Part shown: one piece after another, positions 1-9,426 of the stretch
Numbering within the stretch: the stretch's first letter is position 1
Layout of the letters: every line of letters starts with the position of its first letter
From: an uncultured Acidimicrobiia bacterium
Lineage (GTDB): Bacteria; Actinomycetota; Acidimicrobiia; Spongiisociales; UBA5794
DNA: 64,000 bases
Reading direction: 5' to 3'
Assembly (NCBI GenBank): GCA_963823505.1
Contig: CAWGLY010000005.1
Coordinates: 1,218,370 to 1,282,369, forward strand
Position numbers and translations under genes: made by a program
Notes under the pieces: generated by a model
The model's input: the letters and a program-made list of their open reading frames with translations, nothing else
Told to the model about the DNA's origin: nothing
The model's database searches: none

Positions 1-306
1 GCGGGTCACAGCAACCTGCGCAGACCGCACCTTGGCTGCGGGGAGCGTGCCTTCGGCGGCGATGCGGTGCGTGTCGGACTCGAATTGGGCGCCCTCGTAC
101 ACGGCTTCGGCCTCGGTGACGACACCGTAGGTCCGCACCTCACCCCGCTTCGGGACCTCGGTGCGGACCATCACCAGGTCGTCGAGCTGGAGATAGTCGT
201 CGTCGTTGAGGACGACGCGGAAGTCACGGGTCGTCGAGTGTTGGGTGCCGAGCACACGCCCGACGCCTTGGTCGCCAAGTCCTGATGTGGGTGTGCGGTC
301 GGTCAC
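1..306 (-). CDS. HerA-like ATPase, N-terminal fragment (gene continues beyond the window start)
   Basis: Reverse translation of 306..1 gives VTDRTPTSGLGDQGVGRVLGTQHSTTRDFRVVLNDDDYLQLDDLVMVRTEVPKRGEVRTYGVVTEAE..., resembling a HerA N-terminal barrel domain. The GTG start overlaps the TGA stop of the upstream NurA-like gene (GTGA at 303-306). Call rests on neighbourhood plus N-terminal pattern only. Confidence 0.4.
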   Translation of the reverse strand, partial: MTDRTPTSGLGDQGVGRVLGTQHSTTRDFRVVLNDDDYLQLDDLVMVRTEVPKRGEVRTYGVVTEAEAVYEGAQFESDTHRIAAEGTLPAAKVRSAQVAVTR

Positions 307-1265
307 GAGGCCGCTCCGAGGGTGCGATCGTGTGCCATGACCGCCGACCGTAGCGCACGGTGGATGAAGGCGGGGTCACCCATCCGTCGCCGCAGCGACC
401 GTTCCAGCGCCGCGATAGGCACGAGGTTCTGCGGCGCCCTCGGGTCGACGTGGGGCAGCGAGGCAACCATCGGCAGCAACGCCGTCGTCCGATCGGCGAC
501 ACGTTGCGCCGTCGTCAGTGGCAAGTGGCTGGAGACCTCGGCCCGCACGACCCCGGTCCACGTGTGCCCGCCGGCGAGCTCGGCAAGACGGAGGTACCAG
601 GAGTAGCGAGGGAATGCCCCTCCCTTGCCGATCAGGAACAGCGGGGTGCGCTCGCCGGTCCGCAACCGGGCGATGATGCCGTTTCGCTCAGGCGACAGAT
701 ACGGTGCGCGGTGGGTCTTGATGTACCCCACCTTCTCCGTTGCCGACAGATCGTTGATGGGACCGTCGGCAATCACAAACGTCCCCTGCTGCGCCATGGC
801 TTCGGAGAGCACCGCCTCGGCTTTGCGCATCGAGCCGTGAAAGCGTTGCACGAGAGCCTGCGGGTCGACATCCGGCACAGCTTCGGATCGGTAGGCGAGC
901 TGTGGGCCGGCCACCGGGATCGGCATGGCGACACCGTGACCGAACACGGCAAGCCGATCGATACGCACCCGCTCGATCTCCGACCGGGGTGTCGTCCTGT
1001 CCCAGCACACCGCTCCTACGGCAAAGGTCCCGCATATTCCGGGAATCGGACCGCTCGGCTCGTCAATGGTGACCCTTGCGTCGATCCGCCGTACCCCGTC
1101 GATGAAGGCAACCTGCTCGATGCCGTCGTCGACGCCGCGAATGGGATCCCACCACCCTTCGACCTCGACCGTCTCATCGACCTTGCCTGGCTCGGCAAGA
1201 CCGTCGTCCGCCTCGAAAGGATTCCCGTACTCAGGAGCCCAACCTTCTACAAACAACCGTGCCAT
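303..1265 (-). CDS. NurA-like 5'-3' nuclease
   Basis: ORF 303..1325 with the MARLFVEG start at 1265. Motifs VAFIDGVRRID and later TFVIADGPIND, KTHRAPYL and YSWYLRL resemble NurA domain acidic motifs. Stop overlaps the HerA-like start. Confidence 0.45.
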   Translation of the reverse strand: MARLFVEGWAPEYGNPFEADDGLAEPGKVDETVEVEGWWDPIRGVDDGIEQVAFIDGVRRIDARVTIDEPSGPIPGICGTFAVGAVCWDRTTPRSEIERVRIDRLAVFGHGVAMPIPVAGPQLAYRSEAVPDVDPQALVQRFHGSMRKAEAVLSEAMAQQGTFVIADGPINDLSATEKVGYIKTHRAPYLSPERNGIIARLRTGERTPLFLIGKGGAFPRYSWYLRLAELAGGHTWTGVVRAEVSSHLPLTTAQRVADRTTALLPMVASLPHVDPRAPQNLVPIAALERSLRRRMGDPAFIHRALRSAVMAHDRTLGAAS

Positions 1266-1504
1266 GCGCACGATGGTACCGGCGGGGTGTGACAGGAAGC
1301 GGCACCACAGACGGCAGCCCACCACCCACCACCGGGGAGCGATGCCGCACCCATGGAGCGGCGGCGAGGATCAGCGCCGGAAGACGCCTGGATTCCTCGC
1401 AAAGAACTCGGTCTTCCCACAGTCGATACATGTCCAGCTGTCGAGGGGCGTCGTGGTCCAACGAGTCGCCCGGCTCACTCCCCCGCATCCCACGAATGCC
1501 GGGG

Positions 1505-2422
1505 TCAGGGGGTGAGGAGCTTCACCATTTCGCGTTCGCCATGGTCCTCGCTGCCGGTCTCCTCGTAGCCAAGCGATCGGTAGAACGCACCTGGGCCGCC
1601 GGGGCCGGGGACATAACTCAGAAACACCCGATCACCACCCGGCCGGTTGCGCACGTAGTCCTCCACGAGGTCCATGGCTCGACGCCCGAAGCCCAACCGC
1701 TGGTAGTGCTGATCGATCATGAAGCGCCACAGGTAGTAGCGCGGCTTCTCGTGATCGTCGGACAGCATGGTGAATCCGACGGCCGTCTCGTCGGCATAGA
1801 TCGCCCGCGGCCAGACCTTGGTGGTTGCGTACGCCTCCGCCAGGGAAACTGCGTTCGAGGCCACAAAGGCCTTCTGATGCCGCCCCACGTGGAGACCGAC
1901 AATGACGCGAACGTTGTCGTCGGTGATCTTGCGGAGCGTGACCGCCGCGTCGCGGCCCGGCCCCGCCGGCACTTCCGGCGATCGCGCCCCGAGCGACTTG
2001 GCGAAATGCACCGCCTTCTCGACCTCCCGATAGCCAAGCGACGCATGGATCGACCGGGACAGGGCGTTGCCGAGCTCGGTGTCCGAGCCCATCTCTGTGC
2101 ATCCTCTGGACCGCACCCACTCCTCGACCGCTTCGACGAGCTGCCGACCGACGCCGCGGCGGCGCAACCCGGGCACCACGTACCACGCCTCGAGAAACCC
2201 GACCGGTGAGGTCGAACACCCGTCGGCGAAACGCCGGATCGACCCCTCGGCGAATCCACCCAGTGCGCCATCGGGCTTCTCCCAGACGAATGCCACCTCC
2301 TCCTCCCCTGCGTAGCGGGCGGGATCTTCCCGAATCTCGTCCGGAGTGGCTTCTGGCCACAACGCGGAGCGCAGCGCCCACCACTTCGTCTGGTCTTCGG
2401 GGATCACGATGCGCAACGTCAC
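1505..2422 (-). CDS. Tandem-GNAT N-acetyltransferase (two GNAT domains)
   Basis: 305 aa with two acetyltransferase-like halves (RRRGVGRQLVEAVEEW...; QRLGFGRRAMDLVEDY). Start overlaps the stop of the upstream nucleoside hydrolase by 4 bp. Confidence 0.8.
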   Translation of the reverse strand: MTLRIVIPEDQTKWWALRSALWPEATPDEIREDPARYAGEEEVAFVWEKPDGALGGFAEGSIRRFADGCSTSPVGFLEAWYVVPGLRRRGVGRQLVEAVEEWVRSRGCTEMGSDTELGNALSRSIHASLGYREVEKAVHFAKSLGARSPEVPAGPGRDAAVTLRKITDDNVRVIVGLHVGRHQKAFVASNAVSLAEAYATTKVWPRAIYADETAVGFTMLSDDHEKPRYYLWRFMIDQHYQRLGFGRRAMDLVEDYVRNRPGGDRVFLSYVPGPGGPGAFYRSLGYEETGSEDHGEREMVKLLTP

Positions 2423-3360
2423 GGGAGCCGTCCGATTCGATCGACCAGGAGATCGAAGAACCGCTCGGCGTCGATGTCGCCCATGACGGTCGCATTGGGC
2501 TCATGACCCGTCACATTCCACCAGTCGACCACCGTCATCCCCATCGTCAGCTCCGACCGGTGTTCGATGGCGACGTGGCATCCCTTACCGGAGAACAAGT
2601 CGGGCTGCAGCAGGTAGGCGATGACACACGGGTCGTGGAGCGGGGCGCCATCCGTGCCGTACTTGGCTTCGTCGTAGCGGTCGAAGAAGTCGAGCATCCC
2701 CGCGACGTTGTCGCCCGAGCGGGTGCCGAGGTCGCGGAAACGCTGCACACGGACATCGGACGTGAGCGCCTTGTGGGTGACATCGAGGGGCATCATCGTG
2801 ATGGGGACGCCGCTCGTGAAGACCACGTGCGCTGCGTGCGGATCGACGTAGATGTTGAACTCTGCGGCGGGGGTGACGTTGCCACCCTCGAAGAAGCCGC
2901 CACCCATCATGACCAGCTCTCGGATCCGCGGCACGATGGCCGGCTCCTTCACCATGGCCATCGCGATGTTGGTGAGCGGGCCGAGGGTGCACAACGTGAT
3001 CTCGCCGCCGCCGGAGGCGAGCAGCATTGCAATGATCGCATCGACCGCATGGCCACGTGCGGGGGGCGACGTCGGCTCAGGCAGATCGACCCCGTCGATG
3101 CCGGTGGGTCCGTGGACGTACTCAGCCGTGACCAGGGTGCGTACCAGCGGGCGCGGCGACCCCTCGTATACCGGGATGTCGGCCCTGCCCGCCAGCTCCA
3201 CCATCATCCTGGCATTGCGAGATGTGAGCGCCAGCGGGATGTTGCCCGCAACGGTCGTGATCGCCCTGACGTCGAGCTCAGGGGAGGCCATCGCCGTCAG
3301 CAGGGCAACTGCGTCATCTTGCCCCGGATCCGTGTCGATGATGATGGGGCGTGGGTTCAT
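2419..3360 (-). CDS. Inosine-uridine preferring nucleoside hydrolase (IUNH family)
   Basis: N-terminal IIIDTDPGQDDAVAL aspartate signature of IU nucleoside hydrolases. ATG at 3360 (MNPRPIII) overlaps the ribokinase stop (ATGA). Confidence 0.85.
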   Translation of the reverse strand: MNPRPIIIDTDPGQDDAVALLTAMASPELDVRAITTVAGNIPLALTSRNARMMVELAGRADIPVYEGSPRPLVRTLVTAEYVHGPTGIDGVDLPEPTSPPARGHAVDAIIAMLLASGGGEITLCTLGPLTNIAMAMVKEPAIVPRIRELVMMGGGFFEGGNVTPAAEFNIYVDPHAAHVVFTSGVPITMMPLDVTHKALTSDVRVQRFRDLGTRSGDNVAGMLDFFDRYDEAKYGTDGAPLHDPCVIAYLLQPDLFSGKGCHVAIEHRSELTMGMTVVDWWNVTGHEPNATVMGDIDAERFFDLLVDRIGRLP

Positions 3361-4292
3361 TCGAGGTGGAGCAGTTCCGTCGCCTCTGCAGCGGTCGGCA
3401 TCCCCGTCTGCGCCCCCAGTTTCTGAGTTGCGGCTGCACCGACGACAACGGCCCACCGGACGGCCGACACCAGGTCTTCCTTGCGGGCAAGCGCATCTGC
3501 CAACCCGCCGCAGAAGGCGTCCCCTGCCCCAGTGGTGTCGCGGGGAGTCACCGAGGGCGCCCGGACCGGCACCGCGTCGTCTGCGGTGACGACCAGCGCC
3601 CCGGCAGCACCGAGCGTGGCCACCACGGCGCGGGGGCCGTTGACCCGGCGGGCCTGGGCAACGATGGCCTTCTGCTGACCTGCCTGTCGGGAGTCGACGA
3701 GCCGTGCAAGCTCCGACCGGTTGACCACCAGAACATCGACGAGGCTCAGCAACTCAGGTCCGAGGTGCTGGGCGGGCGCCGCGTTGAGGACGAAGACGCC
3801 GCCGGCGAGCTGGGCTGCAGCCTTGACGGCGTCGAGCGGGACTTCGAGTTGGGCCATGGTCACTGCGGCACGCTCGACATGATCGGCGGCTGCGGCGACA
3901 TCCTCGGGGGTCACCCGTCCGTTGGCGCCGGCCACCACCGCGATGGAGTTCTCTCCGGCTGCGTCGAGCAGGATGTAGGCCGAACCGGTCGGCAAGTCGA
4001 TGTCGACGGCAACTCCTGCGACATCGACGCCCTCGGCAACGAGGTTGCGCAGGTACCCGGTCCCGTCGGCGTCGGCGCCCACCCGGCCGATCATGGCGAC
4101 GTTACGGCCAAGCCGCGCAGCTGCGATCGCCTGGTTGGCGCCCTTGCCGCCGCGGAACTGGCGGATCTCAGAGGCATGCACCGTCTCGCCGGGCGCCGGC
4201 AGTGACGCGACGCTGATGACGATGTCGCGGTTGAGGCTGCCGATGACGGCAATGAGGTCCTGCATGGGGCGGCAGACTATCGCGTCGGTCAA
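3357..4292 (-). CDS. rbsK: Ribokinase (PfkB family)
   Basis: VIGSLNRD...PAPGETV...GGKGANQA N-terminus and C-terminal DTTGAGDAF motif. Alternative start at 4265 (MQDLIAVIGS). The 4292 start overlaps the stop of the upstream dehydrogenase. Confidence 0.85.
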   Translation of the reverse strand: MTDAIVCRPMQDLIAVIGSLNRDIVISVASLPAPGETVHASEIRQFRGGKGANQAIAAARLGRNVAMIGRVGADADGTGYLRNLVAEGVDVAGVAVDIDLPTGSAYILLDAAGENSIAVVAGANGRVTPEDVAAAADHVERAAVTMAQLEVPLDAVKAAAQLAGGVFVLNAAPAQHLGPELLSLVDVLVVNRSELARLVDSRQAGQQKAIVAQARRVNGPRAVVATLGAAGALVVTADDAVPVRAPSVTPRDTTGAGDAFCGGLADALARKEDLVSAVRWAVVVGAAATQKLGAQTGMPTAAEATELLHLE

Positions 4293-5536
4293 CCCCGGAC
4301 GACCCGGTAGAGCGCACCTTCCGTGCTCGTGACGTAGATCTCACCTGCTGCGTCGACTCCGAATGAGGACAGCCCTGGCACGGAGCCGGGGCCGAACCAC
4401 TCGATGATCTCGCCACCGGGGGTCAAACCCCGGATCCAGCCGCCTACGAAGTCGCCGAAGAAGTAGTGGCCGTCCAGCTCAGGGAGCGCGCTCCCCCTGT
4501 ATACGTAGCCGCCGGTGACGGATCGACCTTCGTCGTGGCTGTACTCGTAGACGGGGCCTACGAGGTCCGTGGAGTCGCAGTCCTGCGCGAGATAGCAGTG
4601 TGACCCTTCGTATCTCGGCCAACCGAAGTTGGGGCCGGTCACCTGCGTGACGTCGACACGATCGATCTCCTCCCATGTGCCCTGGCCGACGTCACCGATC
4701 CACAGGTCGCTGCCGTCGAAGGAGAACCGCCACGGGTTCCGCAGCCCGAAAGCCCACACCTCAGGAGCAAACTCGCCCGAAGGATTATCGGCAGGTATCG
4801 CATATGGATCGCCGGCAACGTCGATGCGCAGCAACGTACCCAGGAGGCTGCCGGGATCCTGACCGTTGCCGAACTCGTCGTCGCGGCTGCCGCCGTCGCC
4901 CATGGCGATCCACAGATAGCCATCGGGGCCAAACGCCAGCATACCCCCGTTGTGGTTCGCCGCCGGCTGTGCGATCTCGAGCATCACCCGCTCGGACCCT
5001 GCATCCGACTCGCGGTATTCGGCAATACGGGTCGACCCGTCTCTGGCGGTGTAGTCCAGGTACAGCAGGCCGCTGTCGGCGAAGTCGGGAGAGAAGGCGA
5101 GGCCGAGGAGACCTCGCTCGCCCCCAAATCCGACTCGGTCTCGCAGGTCGAGATAGACCTCCGGATCTCCGCTGGCCATCACCCAGACGACACCGGGTTG
5201 ATCGAGCACGAAGAGCCGATCGTCGCCGGGCGGCGACGACACAAAGACAGGCTGTACAAAGCCGTCGGCTACGACCTCCAGGTCCAGCTCGAGCTGGTCG
5301 AGCGGCACGAGCGGCAGGAGTGTTGTACTCGATGGAGTGCCTTGGGCAGAACCCGTTGACGACGAGGTTGTCGCCGGCATCGTCGTGGTGGTTGTGACGT
5401 TGCCGGGGTCGACCGCGGCGCCCTCTGTAGGGGCGTTGCTGGTCGCCGGTACCGCGGTTGGGCTCGCCAAGTCGTCGTTGGCGCACGCAGCGCCGGCGAG
5501 GACGAACACCACTGCAAGGAGAACCAGCTTGCGCAT
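4289..5536 (-). CDS. PQQ-dependent sugar dehydrogenase (glucose/sorbosone dehydrogenase family) lipoprotein
   Basis: Signal/lipobox LLAVVFVLAGAAC. Beta-propeller motifs HNGGMLAFGPDGYLWIAMGDGG typical of the soluble aldose sugar dehydrogenase family. Confidence 0.75.
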   Translation of the reverse strand: MRKLVLLAVVFVLAGAACANDDLASPTAVPATSNAPTEGAAVDPGNVTTTTTMPATTSSSTGSAQGTPSSTTLLPLVPLDQLELDLEVVADGFVQPVFVSSPPGDDRLFVLDQPGVVWVMASGDPEVYLDLRDRVGFGGERGLLGLAFSPDFADSGLLYLDYTARDGSTRIAEYRESDAGSERVMLEIAQPAANHNGGMLAFGPDGYLWIAMGDGGSRDDEFGNGQDPGSLLGTLLRIDVAGDPYAIPADNPSGEFAPEVWAFGLRNPWRFSFDGSDLWIGDVGQGTWEEIDRVDVTQVTGPNFGWPRYEGSHCYLAQDCDSTDLVGPVYEYSHDEGRSVTGGYVYRGSALPELDGHYFFGDFVGGWIRGLTPGGEIIEWFGPGSVPGLSSFGVDAAGEIYVTSTEGALYRVVRG

Positions 5537-5594
5537 CACCTCCAAGGTACCGCTCGCACGCCCCCTACCCGATATCCCGAGCGGGTCCCGACAG

Positions 5595-5630
5595 GCCAGA
5601 AGGCGGCTGCCCGCGCAGCCGCCTTCTTGG
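5595..5630 (-). terminator. GC-rich hairpin downstream of infA (intrinsic-terminator candidate)
   Basis: CCAGAAGGCGGCTG-cccgcg-CAGCCGCCTTCTTGG perfect 14-bp stem immediately 3' of the infA stop. No U-tract, as is usual in high-GC actinobacteria. Confidence 0.4.
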
Positions 5631-5650
5631 GCACATTCGGACGTTGCCTG

Positions 5651-5875
5651 CTAGCGATACCGCCAAACGATGCGTCCCCGTGTGGGGTCGTAGGCCGAAA
5701 TGTCGAGCTCGACGCGGTCCCCAGGGATGATGCGAATCAGGCGACCCTGCCGCATCTTGCCCGAGGCCCGTGCCACGACTTCGTGGCCGGTGTCAAGCTT
5801 GACCTTGAACGTGGCGTTGCGCAGTGTCGCAACCACGGTGCCCTGCGCGCGGAAGGTATCGTCGGAAGAGGCCAT
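5651..5875 (-). CDS. infA: Translation initiation factor IF-1
   Basis: 74 aa, S1-like; IF-1 sequence GTVVATLRNATFKVKLDTGHEVVARASGKMR...RIIPGDRVELDISAYD. Confidence 0.9.
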   Translation of the reverse strand: MASSDDTFRAQGTVVATLRNATFKVKLDTGHEVVARASGKMRQGRLIRIIPGDRVELDISAYDPTRGRIVWRYR

Positions 5876-5877
5876 TC

Positions 5878-6126
5878 CTACCTACGACGAGGCTGTGCCT
5901 CGTTGACGCGGAGGCGCCTGCCGTCGAGGTCGTAGCCGTCGAGCTCCTGGATGGCCTTGCGGGCTTCGTCGTTGTTCCCCATCTCGACGAAGCCGAACCC
6001 GCGGGAACGGCCGGTGTCGCGATCCATGATCACTGCTGCGGAGTCAACTTGTCCGTATTCGGCAAAAACGCGCTCCAGATCGTCGCCTGTTGCGCTGAAG
6101 GGAAGGTTCCCCACGTAGATGTTCAT
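5878..6126 (-). CDS. RRM-type RNA-binding protein
   Basis: MNIYVGNLPF (RNP-2) and RGFGFVEM (RNP-1) motifs. Start taken at MNIYVGNL (6126) rather than the ORF-caller start at 6186. Confidence 0.75.
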   Translation of the reverse strand: MNIYVGNLPFSATGDDLERVFAEYGQVDSAAVIMDRDTGRSRGFGFVEMGNNDEARKAIQELDGYDLDGRRLRVNEAQPRRR

Positions 6127-6271
6127 TGCGGCGTTGTCGCCTTTCTCTGGTCCGTCCCTCATCAACATATGAGAAAACTCGACCAACTCAAAGGGGACGT
6201 ATCAGGAGTAGGCGAGCGACCGCGATAGCGGCCCGGCTCAGGATAGCGGCTCGCCAGCGTCGTGCCTTCGG

Positions 6272-7621
6272 CTAGCTCCCATCGACGGATACACCGTCAA
6301 AATGCCACCGCTCCCGCGACCTGCGGGCTTCTTCGATGTCGACCCGGCTGAGGAGCGCGCCCCCCACCACGAAGAACGCGGCGACAGACAGAATCGCCGG
6401 CCGACCCGATCCGGTGGCGGCGCTGATCAAGCCGAAGATCAGCGGCCCGATACCGGAGAGCTTCGAGAACACCGAGTAGAACCCGAAGAACTCTGCCGAC
6501 GCTTCCTCGGGGATCATCGTCCCGTAGAGGCTGCGCGACAGCGCCTGCACGCCCCCGAGCACAAACCCCACGACTGCAGCAAGGCCGAGGAAGCCCGCAT
6601 CGGAGCCCTCGGGGAGGTAGAACGCAACAACCGCAAGCCCTGCCCACACGACCAGCGAGATCAGGACCGAACGCTTGGGGCCGATCTTGTTGGAGAGCGC
6701 TCCGAACATCAACGCACCGAAGAAGGCAATGAACTGGACGATGAGGAAAGCCAGCGCAATCGTTTCCAGCTCCAGACCCAGCGTGTCCTCTGCGTATGGG
6801 CCCGAGATGGCGATGACGGTGCCGGTACCGCTGTTGTAGAGGATGAATGCCACCACGAAAAGCAGCAGCTGCGGGAACGCTTTGAGCCGCCGCGAAGTGT
6901 TCAGCGTGCGGTTGAAGCCGATCGAGGCGTATTGCGCCAGACCCATTCGGGTCCCGCTCACCACCGTCTCGCTCTCCGGCTCATCGGCGGGCAGCCGCGT
7001 GAAAGAGAAGAAGGAGAACCCGATCCACCAGACGCCGGAACCGAAGATGGCGATCCGAGCCGCGAGGGTCTCGGTGAGGGTGGCGCCGGGCTCGTCGCTG
7101 GACAGGGAGATCAAGATGAACGCCAGCAGCAGCCACAGTCCGCCACCGAGGTAGCCGAGGGCAAATCCTTTGGAGGAGACCCGGTCGATCGTGTCGTCGG
7201 TGGCGATGTCGGGGAGGAATCCGTCGTAGAACACGTTGGCGGCAACGAACCCGAACTGGCTCACGAGGACCACGAGCAGGAACAGAGGCACCTGTCCTTC
7301 GGGGATCACGGCGGCAACGATCGTGAACAGCGCACCGATGAGCGCGAAGTTCCGCAAGAAGCGCCGCTTTGCACCCGCATAGTCGGCGATGGCGCCGAGC
7401 ACGGGCATCACCAGCAGAAGCAAAATCGATCCGAACCCGACGAGGAGACTGAAGAGCGCCTCGCCGGAGAGGCCCCAGTACTCGTCACCGGTGACGATCG
7501 ATCCCGTGAAGAACGCACCGATCACTGCACCGAAGACGGTGATGTACGCCGAGTTGGCCCAGTCGTACATCGCCCAGCCGAAGATGGTCCGACGATCATT
7601 CTTGATTGCGGTCGCCACCAC
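6272..7621 (-). CDS. MFS transporter, UMF1/Atg22-like family
   Basis: 449 aa, about 12 predicted TM segments. N-terminal FGWAMYDWANSAYITVF is typical of UMF1 family MFS proteins. Confidence 0.75.
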   Translation of the reverse strand: MVATAIKNDRRTIFGWAMYDWANSAYITVFGAVIGAFFTGSIVTGDEYWGLSGEALFSLLVGFGSILLLLVMPVLGAIADYAGAKRRFLRNFALIGALFTIVAAVIPEGQVPLFLLVVLVSQFGFVAANVFYDGFLPDIATDDTIDRVSSKGFALGYLGGGLWLLLAFILISLSSDEPGATLTETLAARIAIFGSGVWWIGFSFFSFTRLPADEPESETVVSGTRMGLAQYASIGFNRTLNTSRRLKAFPQLLLFVVAFILYNSGTGTVIAISGPYAEDTLGLELETIALAFLIVQFIAFFGALMFGALSNKIGPKRSVLISLVVWAGLAVVAFYLPEGSDAGFLGLAAVVGFVLGGVQALSRSLYGTMIPEEASAEFFGFYSVFSKLSGIGPLIFGLISAATGSGRPAILSVAAFFVVGGALLSRVDIEEARRSRERWHFDGVSVDGS

Positions 7622-8096
7622 ACTTCCCCGGCTCGAGAACGCCGTCGAGGCTACGACGCGGCCAATGGCGAGGCAACCGTGTACTTGGAAATCGTCGGCA
7701 AATCGTCAAAGATGACGAAAGACGAGCGCACCGTGAATAGGGGCGTGGTGCGGATCGTCTGTGGTAGTTGCTCGCAAGAGCGCGTGGTAGGCGCAGAGGG
7801 CACATGCGTGCCCGGCAGCTTCCTTGGGGGAGTCGGAACAGATGCAGTGCGATAGTGCACGCACGACGACGTGGTCGATGGAGGCGCGCCGGACGGACGA
7901 GGCCGGCACGGCCAAGACGCTCCGCTCGTTCCGGTGGACGCCGCACGTTGGTGTCCTCGATGACGCTCCGCACCGCTTTGACGCGACAGCGCAGATCTGC
8001 ACGATTTCCAGATCGACGGCACGACCGGCACGCCGATCGCGGCTCACACCGCGATCAGGAAACCGGTTCGTCGAAAGGGCGGCCAGGCGAGCAAAC

Positions 8097-8135
8097 GGGG
8101 TCGGGGGTCGGCGAATGGGGCCAACCCCCGACCCC
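8097..8135 (-). terminator. GC hairpin downstream of the alpha/beta hydrolase gene
   Basis: GGGGTCGGGGG...CCCCCGACCCC 11-bp perfect stem with a 17-nt loop, 13 bp after the stop at 8148. Confidence 0.4.
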
Positions 8136-8147
8136 AACTCGATGCCG

Positions 8148-8933
8148 TCAGGCTGAGCCGAGCAGATTGTCGAGGATCTTGGCGACGGCGTCTGGAGCTT
8201 CCATCGGCGACATGTGACCGGCGCCTTCGATGATGTGGAGCCCTGCATGTGCGATCGCAGCATGCATGGCCTCAGCCGCGATCACAGGGGTGATGGCGTC
8301 GTGCTCGCCGACGATGATGGCACAAGGAACCGAGATGCGCCCCAGGATCGACACCCGATCGGGCCGATCGCGCATCCCGACGAGCGCCGCCAAGATCGTC
8401 TCGTAGGCCGTGGCTTCGATCATGGTCAGGATACGGGCCCGCACCTCCGGAGTGGCCGACGGCGCCAGCAGCGCGCTCGACATCCGCCGGGCGAGAGCCA
8501 ACCGGCCCTCGGAGAGCACGCTGCGAGCCGTGGCGTCCCTGGCGGCTCTGCCTTCCTCCGTATCGGCATCGGCTCGTGTGTCGATGAGCGCCAGCGACCG
8601 CATGCGGACACCATGAAGCTGGGCGAACGCCAGCGCGACGTATCCACCCATGGAGAGCCCGATGAGATCCACGCTGGAAACCCCGAGGGCGTCGAGGAAC
8701 GCCGCCAGATCGTCTGCGTGCCGCTCCATGGAGAGCGCCTCTGCGGTGGTTGGGGCAGACAATCCGAATCCGCGAAGATCTACCGCCACGCATCGCCGTC
8801 GGTCGGCGAGGCGGTCCATCTGATCGAGCCACATGGTCGAGTCCAGCGGGAATCCGTGCACCATCAATGCCACAGGCCCCGTGCCCTGCTCCCGGTAGTG
8901 CAGCCGGGTGCCCGCTGCGTCGACGAACGGCAT
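8148..8933 (-). CDS. Alpha/beta-fold hydrolase
   Basis: HGFPLDSTMW and GLSMGG nucleophile-elbow motif. Start at MPFVDAAG (8933), preceded by a GGAGAGGAG Shine-Dalgarno sequence. The ORF caller extends to 9032. Confidence 0.7.
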   Translation of the reverse strand: MPFVDAAGTRLHYREQGTGPVALMVHGFPLDSTMWLDQMDRLADRRRCVAVDLRGFGLSAPTTAEALSMERHADDLAAFLDALGVSSVDLIGLSMGGYVALAFAQLHGVRMRSLALIDTRADADTEEGRAARDATARSVLSEGRLALARRMSSALLAPSATPEVRARILTMIEATAYETILAALVGMRDRPDRVSILGRISVPCAIIVGEHDAITPVIAAEAMHAAIAHAGLHIIEGAGHMSPMEAPDAVAKILDNLLGSA

Positions 8934-8956
8934 CCGCTCTCCTCTCCGCGCGACCT

Positions 8957-9385
8957 CTAGGTCTCGAGTTTGCGCCGCTGGAACTCTTCCCGAATGGCGT
9001 CGTCGGAGTACTGCATCAGTGGCGGAGCCCACGGCAGCTCACTCGGGATCGGCGTACCCCGCTCGAGGAGGTCCTGCACGCCGTCACGAAGAGTGCGCGC
9101 CCAAGCCCTTCCGGACGCCTGTGCCTCAGCTGAGAGCGTGCCATCGGGGTTGGCCGTGAACACGCGGGCCTCTGCGGCAGGATTGGTGCGACTCCCGCGC
9201 TCGCCGTAAACGAGGATGACGGCGCCGGCAGGAACGTCTTGGATGCCGCCGGCGGCGATGAAGTCTCCCTCGAACGCCCAGCCGGAGGCCTTCGACGGAT
9301 CGACGTTGGTGACGACCTTGGCCCAGTTCTTGCGACGTTCATCTCCGACGAGAGGTACATCGACCGCAACGAGGATGTCTTCCAT
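8957..9385 (-). CDS. Hypothetical protein (142 aa)
   Basis: C-terminal in-frame part of long ORF 8957..10090 starting at ATG 9385 (MEDILVAVDVPLVG). Coding-like codon usage, no recognised domain. Confidence 0.35.
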   Translation of the reverse strand: MEDILVAVDVPLVGDERRKNWAKVVTNVDPSKASGWAFEGDFIAAGGIQDVPAGAVILVYGERGSRTNPAAEARVFTANPDGTLSAEAQASGRAWARTLRDGVQDLLERGTPIPSELPWAPPLMQYSDDAIREEFQRRKLET

Positions 9386-9426
9386 GGACGTGACTGTAGG
9401 ACGGGTGTATGACGTGGGTTGAGGGC

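Noticed and set aside
360-1292. Long plus-strand ORF (310 aa) antisense to the NurA-like gene
   Set aside because: Arg/Pro-rich low-complexity translation typical of shadow ORFs in high-GC DNA. The opposite strand carries a coherent protein.
1632-2504. 290-aa and 184-aa minus-strand ORFs in alternative frames of the GNAT gene region
   Set aside because: Arg/Gly/Pro-rich sequence with no domains. Frame shadow of the GNAT gene.
6302-7855. 517-aa plus-strand ORF antisense to the MFS transporter
   Set aside because: Highly charged low-complexity product (E/R/D/G-rich). The transporter on the other strand has clear TM architecture.
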